Shown piece by piece: positions 52,641 through 64,000 of a DNA stretch of 64,000 nucleotides. A model generated the notes under the pieces. It did not search any database. It was not told the origin of the DNA and saw only the letters and a list, made by a program, of their open reading frames with translations. A program made the position numbers and the translations under genes. The stretch is from the NCBI RefSeq assembly GCF_009914755.1, contig NC_060934.1. The stretch is one strand, 5' to 3'. Each line of letters opens with the position of its first letter. Within the stretch, counting starts at the first letter, position 1. Source of the DNA: the human T2T-CHM13v2.0 reference genome, Homo sapiens.

Positions 52641-55129
52641 ATCTGTCTGTGTAACTAGAGCAAGCTCCTGACCCTGGTGAGTTCTCAGCTTTTCCTTCTC
52701 TTTAAGGAAAAGCCCCTGTAAAGGGTTGTGGTAAGGATTCACTGAGATACAGTGTGGATTCACTGAGTACAGGAAGTGAGTGACCCAGAGTGGGTATAGA
52801 ATCAATAGTGTTCATATCGTGAGATGGCATATGGAATAGTGGGTGTCTCCCAAGTAATAAATATTTTGATTCTTTTTTTTCTCTGCTCTTTCCTTCTGTG
52901 TATGGAGTTTATATTCCTTTTTTGCAAATACAAGTTACATGGAATGCAAAGTTTGGAGTAGCAGATGTAACTCTGAAAAATGAGAGCAGGAAAAACAAGA
53001 GTTTTCAATTTCTCAATTTACAAAACCAGCGATTTCATTTATAATGTCAGTGGAAGTGGCCAGTGGGTGAGTTCACACATTAATGTGCAAACTGGCCGAA
53101 TGAGTCAGTCTAGATGAGAAAGTTAGTATCTTTGGACTTGGTTGGCATCTTTCCTCAGAAAAGGGGCGCAATTCCTCTCCTCTGTGAGGTTACATATGGA
53201 CATTTCTTTGTGAAGTAATCTCTTCTAAAAAGAATGGATGTTTCCTCATCGATGAAAGCTATGGGACATAGTGGGTTTCTCTTTTTACTGAAGTGGCAGG
53301 AAACTCAAAATTAATGTCAAAATTTAATAATAATGTTATTATTATTAAATAATAATAATAGGCTGCAGTCGCAGTTGCTCTTAGTAGCTCTCCTATTTAT
53401 CTCTGTTTTGAAAAGAAGCAGGATATAAGTGAATAAGGGCATTTTGGAAATGTGATTTGCTTACAAAAATCCTGTGTCTAAGTTGTCTGGATAGACCACC
53501 AATACTGAAACTTCTGAAGTTTCTCTGTGGCACTTGCCAGGAACATCTCTGTGACCCTGGGCATGCCCTCCCTTGGTCTGGTCTGCAATTTCTCAGCTAT
53601 TAAAGGAGGTGTTTAGACCGAGGTGGGTTGTTCGGGGCACTTGAGGATTTTTCAATGCTTTCACTCTTTCAGATGAGCATGAAGCCTTCTGTTCTCATTC
53701 AGCTCCATCTCAAGCACTGAAGCAGGGATTCCCCCCACCCCACGCCAACCCCAGACTTTTATTTTAAACAACATTGTCCTTGTCCAAAATAAACCTGATG
53801 GGGAATCTAAGTGCATGAAACAAAACATTGCAAACAACTGTGGTTAAAGTGAGGGGTGAGGTTGTGGGCCTAGAATCCTCACCTCTTCTTCTCCTCCTTT
53901 CCAGAGCCCCCAAGGTACCTCTGAGGCATCCCTAGAATTTCAGAGAGCAGTTTGAAACCAAAGCATTGTAGAACTGCTCAACATCTGCAGAATTAAATTT
54001 ACTTTCTAAAATTTACCTGTCCTAAACCAAACCTGGATTGTAAACTTCTCAAGAGCAAGCAGTACTGGTACCTGTTGAAGACACAAGTGTCTGTCCAGTG
54101 AATGAAAAGGCTAAACAGTTTATTTTATTTCAGGGATTGGGCTTCTCCAGCCCCTGAGCACACCTCCCTATAATCCTTCATCATCTTATAAGGTGACAGT
54201 CCACAACTGCTTGGGGACTACAGAGCTTGTGTTTTCATTGCCTTTGTTCCAGGATGATTTGTGACTTCTCAGGTGGAACTGCTGGTGATAAAACTAACAT
54301 TTCAAAATTTTGCAACTGCGAATTTAATTTCTTTTGAACATTAGGGGATGTTTAAAAAGTAGCATGAGTATTAAATTTGTACTTTATGGGAGTTGGGAGG
54401 AGGAACAGGGAAAGCAGGAGCAGAGAATTTCCCAAAACCATATGAAAGAAGGATGGAAAACACTGTTGAGTTTTTGCTAGGAAAACTACTTTTTCCCCCC
54501 AATTGAAATATTGTTTTAAAGCATTGGCAGGCTTACAGAAGTGAAATGAAAAACAAATCCCACAAAAATCCTGGAGTACCATAAAAATAATGAATAAAGT
54601 AGTGCAAAAGGCTTTGATTTCAGTAATATTTTTCAATAAACTTGGTGCATTCCAAACAGATTGTGTTTGTCTTGAAGGAGGCCCTCTGCATTGTGGCTTA
54701 AGAGTTTATAACAACTTTTTGGTGGCCTTGGTTGTAATATGATATTAGAAAATACTCTTGTAGTAAACAAAGGCATGGGCTTTGAAAGTGGGCTGACCTA
54801 GGTTCAAATCCCTTCTTCCTCTACATTCCCTGGGTTTCTTTAAGTAAGTGGTCATCCTCTCTGGGCAGTTTCTCTTTATCTGTAAAAATAAAAAGAGTAA
54901 TGCCAACATCAATGGGCTGTGGTGAAGTTCACGTGAGCAAATTTAAGTGGAAGCTGCTGGTAGAGTGTGTAAGCATCAGAGCTGAGTTTGGTAAAAATAG
55001 TGATTCTGTATTTGTGTCCAGGGTTCTTTGTAAGATGTCTCTAAGATTACACAAGGTACAATATTCCAGCACCATGGAAAACTATGGCTGTTTTCCCTTG
55101 TTTTCCTTTTTGTTTTCCTGGCTTTTTTC

Positions 55130-56400
<1,271 letters not shown>

Positions 56401-56614
56401 TCATACTGGCTTGTTATGGTAAAACAAACATGCAGAAAGTGAATAAAGTGTACTAATTAAGACTACAGATCAGTTAGTTTTGACAATTGTATATATCTGT
56501 ATAAACAACACCCAGGTTAAGATATAAAATATTTCTAACACTCCAGAATAGAATAGAATAAAACTTCCATTGGTCTGTGTGTCTCTCCTTATGCTACTAC
56601 CACATGCAAAAAAC

Positions 56615-56815
56615 ATAATATGTAATATAAATTTATATATTATATAAATACAATTATAAATTATATATTTATATATTATATAATTATACATTATATATTT
56701 ACATATTATATAAATATAAATCACATATGTATATATTATACAAATATTATAAATGATATATCTATATAAAATATAATTATAAGTTATATAATATTTATAT
56801 AAAATATAAATATAT
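56615..56815. repeat. AT-rich low-complexity (TA)n tract
   Basis: TATAATATAAATTTATATAT... Confidence 0.9.
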
Positions 56816-56819
56816 TTGT

Positions 56820-57915
56820 TAGAATGAATCTAACAAAAAGTGTGTAAAATCTGTACTATGAGAACTGCAACACATATTGGAAGAAATTAAAGAAGACATA
56901 AATAAATGGACGGATATATATACTATGTTCATGGATTGGAAGACCATATTGTAAACATGTCAATTCTCCCAAAATTCATTCATAGATTAAATGCCATCCC
57001 AAACAAATTCTAGCAAGTCTTTTTCTGTGGGGTCAACAAGCTGATTCTAAAACTTATATGGAAATTCACAGGCCAAGGAGAATTAAGGCAATCTTGAAGA
57101 GGAAACCTAGAAGTGAATGACTTACATTATCAGAAATCTAGACTTATAAAACTAAAGTAATTTAGACAAAGGAGCATTAAGGGTAAAAGACTTGAACAGA
57201 CACTTCAAAAGGAGGATATTCAAATGGCCAATAGACATGTAAAATCATTCTAAGCTTCATTAGTCATCAGGGAAATACAAATTAAAACCACATGTGATAT
57301 AACTACACAGTTTCCAGAATGACTAAAATTCAGGATAGACGTAACAAGTATTGGAGGAAAGTATTGGAGCAACTGGAACCTTCATATATTGCTGATGGGA
57401 ATATAAGTTGGTTTAATAACTTTAGAAAAATTGCTTGGCAGTATCTATTAAATTTAAACATATGTCTACCTACCCATGATGTGGCAATTTCAACTTTAGT
57501 GATATACCCTCCAGAAGTGCATATATATGTTCACCAAAGACATATATATATAATAATGGCCATCATAGTACCACTTGAAGCTAATGTGGATTAGCTGGAA
57601 TGTCCACCAGTAGAATGGATAATTGTAGTTTAGTCATACAATGGAATACCGTATGGCAATGAGAACGAACAAATCACAACTACGTGCAAAAACACAATGT
57701 TCAAAAAAAGAAGTCAGACACAAGACTATACACAATATGAGTCCACCTATACGAAGCTCAAAAATAGGCTAAACTATTCTACTGTAGGGGCATGAGAGGT
57801 GTTCCAGGCTGATGGTCATGTTCTGTTTCTTAACTGGGTGCTAATTATATGGGTGTTTTCAAAAATTCATTGAGCTGTACACTTATTATTTGTGTACTTT
57901 TTATTTTGTGTATTG
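56820..57915 (+). mobile_element. Old L1M: ORF2 fragments plus 3'UTR, internally deleted
   Basis: GAAATTAAAGAAGACATAAATAAATGGA...CATGGATTGGAAGAC; jump near 57180 to GACTTGAACAGACACTTC; decayed ORF2 peptide in ORF 57319-57594. Confidence 0.85.
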
Positions 57916-60855
57916 TTTCTCACTTTTTTCCAAGAAGAAAAAAATAACCTCAATGGTCAGTGCTATATTTCCTTTTACTTTATATTTTTGAGAATCTTGA
58001 GGCCAGACACACTGTCTTTCTTGGGTAGAATTGTAGGATTTTCTCTTACCTAAAATTAAAATATAACTACCAGAATATTACTACATATTGGCTATTTTAA
58101 TTAATACTGCCTGATCTTCATGAGACCCTTTGGATCTAAAGACATTTTTTAGTTTTAGGAAGTTTTCTTCTATTACTTGTTAGATTGTTGTATTTTCCAT
58201 CTTTTTCCTATCTCCATTGACATTCCTAATAGATAATAATTGAGTCTATTAAATCATTAAAAATTATTTTAAAATATTTATCTCCTCGCTCTGGGAAAAT
58301 TTCTTGACCTTATTTTGTATTTCATTGATTTAAAATTTTACAAGTATTCAAGCTGCTATTGTTTGCTTTCAATTCAGTAATTGTACTTCTCATCATTTTA
58401 TAAAATTTCCAGATCTCAGATGTTCTTTTTAAATTATTGCCTGCTCTTGATATGGTGTTGATACAAATTAGACAATTCCTAAAAGCTTCTCCTGCTTCTT
58501 GTAGTATCAGTTTTTCAAGAAAGCATATTCTCTGATTCATCAGAGTAGTCCTCTCTTTTCACACATCAGAAGTTTTTCTCCTCTAGCTTCTTTTCTCCAT
58601 CTGCCCATCCTTGCTGATATGCTCAGAAATGGAAGCTAAGATGGGTTTATCTATACTGAGTGCATTCTATTTGTCATTTGTGTTTCTAGATGCTAAAGAT
58701 AGGGTAGTGGACTCTCTAGAAACCATCCCTGTTGCCATGATTCTTACTCTCTAACAGGAAAGATTGACATTGAACAAGTGATTTCAGATATGGTGAATTC
58801 TGTGAAGGAAAAGAGGAGGATCTTACAGCAAAGGGTTTTCATCTAGTCTAGATGGATGGCACATGGAGTGTTCTGGAAACACTCCCCAAGGAGGTGATGC
58901 TTTAAGCTGAAATCCAAAAATGAATGGCAAGTGGCAGGGAGGGGGCAGTGCATGAAATAAAAAAAAAAAACAACTCCCATATACAAAAGAACTCAATAGC
59001 TGGTGTGATTTCCTGAGCTACAATAGGGTGTTTGACCCTTCCTACATTTTAATGTAAATGTGTGTGTCACACATATGCACCTCTAAGGCAGGCAATTCAT
59101 GAGCTAGGATGCTCTCCTGACAATGAAAATATTAGCTATCTGAGAGTGTGAGTACACTTTGAAATCCTCTCCCATTATCATTTGTCAAAAACCTCTGAGG
59201 GTGGTCAATAGTATATTGTATAACAGTGGCCAGAACTCCAGCTCCTCTCCAACCAGACAGGGGACCTGGGACGCTGATATCTTGACAGGTATCTTCCTCC
59301 AGGATTGTCCAATTTTCTGTGAGGGGACAGACGCCTTCCCTGGGAACTATGCTTGTGGGAGGAGATTCCAATGTGTGCAGAATGTGCAAAATGCAGAGGG
59401 AGCAGCTGGGAGGTGGGCTTGTGATTGAGTTAGTCACATAGCTGGACCACATAATGGGTTAAGTAGACTGCTGTGGGCTGGCCTGAGACCCTCAAAACCA
59501 TGCAAAGTACATTTCTTTTAGAAAATAGATTCTATGGTTCAGACAAACCTTGGGAAGACAATACACTTGGGACCTGGACACTTGCTGTGAAATAGGGATG
59601 GTTTTCGTACTGAAAATCATGTTTTCAAATATTATGTGAAAGACCATACACAAAAATATTGTATGAGGATGCTGGGATTGTGGATGGTTTTCTTTTTTTC
59701 CAGACAGCTGGTTCTAAATTATGTTTAGACTTCAAATATAAGAAAAATTAGCTTTAGCACTGAGGCATTATTGCCTTTTCTGTTTCTTTTAGCCCCTTTT
59801 AGGCCAGAGAAGCTTTTCCAGTTTCTTGAGCTAGATCGTTCTGTTTCTGTGGGGAATTGCCAGCATTCTCAGGGGGAAGGACTCACATGTGCTCAAGCAA
59901 TAGGATGAAGACATATTCTAGAGTTCCAGTAGAGGGAATAGCTGAACTGACCTTTTCTCCATTATTGCAACCCATTGAGAGCTGATGGAATTTTAGAAGG
60001 GTGGCAATGTGGGTCTTAATCTTTGCAAATGCCAGTTATGAAAAATGTTAACTCTCTGTAGTCATAGGCAGGAAACTCACTGTCCAAGTCATAGACCCAG
60101 ACTTTAGTAACTACTGGGCCAGTGTCATCCCGAAGAATACATTTTGGTCCCATGGTTCAGTCAATACTGAAGGATAGCCCATCAGTGTTGTTAGGGTTAG
60201 CAGAAAAAGAAACTCTTTCCACTTCGACTCCTTAGGGAAACATTGCTGAAAAAAAAAATCAGCAAATGGAAAAGGGGAAAATTAAAAATCACCATACGTG
60301 ATGCCTACATCCTAAATCTATCTATTGGTTCATTTTGCAACTCATATGCTTTGGAGAGCTCTCAGGAAGTTAATTGCCCAAATATAGACAGGACATGGGG
60401 ACATTACTGAGATACAGGTATGACTGAGGTGGGGCTTGGTTTCCACATGCTTTATGATACTTGGCCAAAATTAGTAGCCATGTTAGATGGTGGGCTTGTT
60501 GAACCTGTACTGCTTATCTACCTGGAACCAAAATCACACTCTAAGGATACTCTGTCCCTGTTGTCAGCTCTCCCAGGCTCACCTCTAAACAGACGTAAGA
60601 TGACTCCGCTTTCAGGAATGTGCTTTAGTCAGGGCCCCCCAGGTATCACAGGAGGATATTGGTGGGTCTTCTTTCTGCTCATCTGATAGTTAAAGCCCCT
60701 ATCTGTGGACCCAACTGGCAATCTGGAAGAGTGGGTACCTGGCAGGGAATAAAAGCTCAAGCTGATGGCTACTCATTGTCAAAAATTATGCTAAGGGACA
60801 TCATACCTAGAGCAAACTATCTGATGGGTGTGCAATTTATCACTGGGACCCTAAA

Positions 60856-61049
60856 ACAATGCTGTCAAATGGAACATTCTGGTGAAAGTTTTGTACTCTC
60901 TGCACTGTTCAATATAGTAGCCACTAGCCACACATGGCTATTACACACTCAAAATGTGGCCAGTGTGACTGAGAGATGCATTTTTAGTTTAATTTCATTT
61001 AAATTAAATAACAACAGTGGGTGGTGGCTACTGCATTGGAGAGCACAGC
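60856..61049. mobile_element. MER3 MITE
   Basis: CTGCACTGTTCAATATAGTAGCCACTAGCCACACATGGCTA...GTGGCTACTGCATTGGAGAGCACAG. Confidence 0.88.
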
Positions 61050-62929
61050 TCTAAAACCTACTTCTAAATAAGGGCAGATCCACACATATCCTTGAGCAGC
61101 ATCACTACAAAAACCACCTAGATTTCATTACCAGAGTTGGTTGAGGATGGTGTTCTTCATATCACACCTAGAACTTTCTATGAGGATTCATGGGGGATAT
61201 TATTTCTGGTTTTGAGATCAGGAAGAACTGAGCCTTACTTAGGGTGATTTTTACTTCAAGGACGCTGCAATTCACCATATCATCATATTACTCTGTCCAC
61301 ATCAGTTGTTGGAAGATGAAGATCCAAATCTGTCACCCACTCTTACAAGTAACTACAGGGGGCTCCGTAGCATTCATCTTATGTTTTGCTTCATTCCTGG
61401 CTCAATCTTACTTCCTCTTTAAGTGGAGGGGCACAAAAGGTTGTCTAAAAATCACTCTGGGTATTCATCTCAGATAGTCTGGCAGAGACTGGGCGTCCCC
61501 CAAATTTCCCACCTCCAGTGGGAGGGGTTTTACCGACTTAACTGATCACAGCCTCTCCTCCATTAGAAGAGGCTACAATCCCCCACCGGCCCCCACAGCT
61601 TCCAAGTGCTGGGTGGTGGCATTTTCCAGCAATTGCTACAAACAGTTAAAGTCTGAGCTCAGCCATATACATAGTCTGTGTCTTCCCAAGCTCTGTAGGA
61701 CCGTGCCCATGCTTCCATGGGAAGAAGGCAGACCAGAAGGGTCCCTTCCCTGGAACACAGACCCACTGTGTGCTCAGCAGCCTTGCCCAGGCCCTGACAC
61801 TCCTCTAGATGGAATAATAAGGGCAGAGGAGACTAAGCCCCTCTATTTGTAAATCCCCCCACCCCCAGTACCTTTCTTTACTCCATATGGCATGACGTTG
61901 AGGTATTTGCTTTTCTTCCTGTTTTATAGCTCACCTAATTTTCTTATTTAATCAGATTATTTTCCATTGTAGTGTGTCCAATTTTGCAAGCTTCATTAAA
62001 ACTCTTTAGGAAGGAAAGCAACAAGGTACCATTTGGATTAATCAAAATAAGTAAAGCATGGGAGAATGGGCTCCCCTTCTCCTGCCCACTAAGGCCTCAC
62101 TTCCCGGAGGATAGCCGGAGAGGAACAAGGGGGCTCTCTCTGTTCATTGAAGCTCAGGTGACAAGACTTCATGGTCTACCAGTCAGCCCAAATGCCTGCC
62201 AACCTTCAGACTCTCTGTGGTTGGACAATCTTGCTTCAATCAGAAGTAAGGAACTAATAGCATAATATTCGGGATGCTGAGTTTGTTTTTGTCTGCCCAT
62301 GGAAAGAGGGCAAGAGGGAAGTCCTCTCCTCTAGCCTTCTAACTACCCCCAACCATATTCCCATCAGAAGCCTGGCATGTAGGAGAGGTTCCATTAATGC
62401 TGTCTGTTATGATTAGTACTTGTTATGCTTTGTCCATTTCAATGTCTCTCATTGGAAAGGCCATTCCAGGACTTGGAAACTTTCTTTTCTACCCAAATCT
62501 CCAAGGCCAGGATGTGGCATTGACATCATGTAGGACCACACTGTGATCTTTAGAATCAGATTAAAAACATAAGATTTTCCATCTTTCCCCACCTTCCCTA
62601 AGAGTCCCTGCCTCTCCATCAAAGAAGAAACTGTTTAGATAGAAAAATCAGGCCAAGATTACCCCAGAGAGAAAATATGTTTCGAGTCTAGTGAAGGCCT
62701 TTGCGGAGTGACATTAATTACACTCGTTTAGGTTTGACATTATTAATGAAACTTCTCAGCTGTTTATACTGTAGCCTCTTATTAAAACAATGTGATTAAA
62801 ACAAATAATTAAAGAATATTACTACCACCTTAAATATGTACATCATGTTAAGCTTGCAAAAGGCTTCTATCCACAATCTCACTTGATATACACACTGATT
62901 CTATGAAGTTAATATTGCACGACTTATTC

Positions 62930-63425
62930 TTTTTTCCTTTATATTTTTATTGTGATAAAGTACATGTAGCATAAAATTTACAATTTTTAGCATTTTTAAG
63001 TGTGCAATTCAGTAGCATTAAGTACATTCACAGTGTCGTGAGACTACCCCTATTCATTTCCAGAACCTTTTCATCATCTCAAATAGTATTCATTAAATAA
63101 TAACTCCACATCCCCCTTCCCCTCAGACCTTGATAACCTTGAATATACTTTCTGTCTCTATGAATTTAACTATTCTAGGTCCCTCATATAAATGGATCAT
63201 ACAATCATTGTCCTTCTGTGGTTGGCTTCTTTCACTTCTTAGCAGAATGACTTCAAGGTTCATCCATGTTGTAGCATGTGTCAGAATCTCATTCCTTTTC
63301 AAGGCTTAATAAAATTCCACTGTATGGATATACCACATTTTGCTTCTCCATTCATCTGTTGGTGCATATTTGTTTTCTTTCTCCTTCTTAGCTCTTATGA
63401 ATAGTGCTGCTATGAACATTGCCAA
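62930..63425 (-). mobile_element. L1MB-like LINE-1 3' end
   Basis: CATAAAATTTAC...TTTTAAGTGTGCAATTCAGTAGCATTAAGTACATTCACA...AAGGTTCATCCATGTTGTAGCATGTGTCAGAAT. Confidence 0.88.
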
Positions 63426-63484
63426 GCCTTATTCTCATTTGACAAGTGTGATGAAAGGATCCACCTTGTCATATGGAGGTAGAG

Positions 63485-63650
63485 CAGTGGTTCTCAATCC
63501 TGACTGCTAATTAGAATGGCTTGGGGAGTTAAACAAACAAATGACAAAACATATCTTGGCACCACTCTGGACCAACAGAATGTCAGAATCTCCAGAGGTG
63601 CAGCCTGGATGGGTCAGTTTTTAAAAATCTCCCAGGGGATTCTTCTGAGT
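63485..63650 (+). mobile_element. MER5-family MITE
   Basis: CAGTGGTTCTCAATCC...TTAGAAT...CAGAATCTCC...TTTTAAAAATCTCCCAGGGGATTCT. Confidence 0.75.
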
Positions 63651-64000
63651 GGAGGGCCATGAAGCCCACAGCAACAGTGCTCCCCAGCTGGACCACTCAG
63701 GACCATTTGTGGGCTGTCTCCTTTGTATCTCCCTTTTCTTCACTAAAGCTGCCCCCACAATCAGTGGAGTAACGTGAATCCTCCTTAGAGCATTTTAATC
63801 CGTAATGTAGAGCAGAAAAAATAAAGCAAATATTTTAAAATCAAAATTCAAGCTTAAAAAAGGATGTTCTCAATACCATTAGGCCAAGTGCTGGTTTGTT
63901 GGCTAAATATATGGATCCATTTGCTTCTTGAATTTTAATCATCTCGTTTTAATAACACACCACAATACAAACAATTGTGCGGGTTAATTCAGCTCCATTT

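Noticed and set aside
52735-52772. Direct repeat GGATTCACTGAG(A)TACAG twice
   Set aside because: Only two copies with a 3-nt gap inside MIR-like sequence; a simple microduplication, not an array
53325-53360. AAT/ATT inverted repeat
   Set aside because: Low-complexity trinucleotide slippage
57319-57594. 91-aa ORF
   Set aside because: Decayed L1 ORF2 fragment

Overview
Primate (human-like) non-coding genomic DNA: Alu, THE1/MST, MLT1, L1PA/PB/M, MIR, L2 and MER DNA transposons are all recognisable. I find no credible protein-coding exon, tRNA/rRNA gene or CRISPR array; the ORF track is explained by repeats, GC-richness or chance. About half the window is old interspersed repeats, many with readable target-site duplications (TSDs) and nested insertions. 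The most interesting part is a block with no recognisable transposon (~18.95-24.05 kb). It contains motif-dense AT-rich sequence, two GTAAC/GTTAC clusters, phased palindromes, a candidate non-coding exon and an orphan CpG island (~23.28-23.94 kb) whose AT-rich core packs TCF/LEF, GATA, GRHL-like and OTX/PITX sites. Smaller homeodomain-rich islands (~7.7, 9.8, 31.9, 36.4, 43.7, 53 and 62.7 kb) suggest a developmental cis-regulatory landscape (gene desert or large intron). I cannot name the locus. All regulatory calls are motif-based inference, repeat subfamilies are by-eye matches, and I cannot support a claim of a new biological system.
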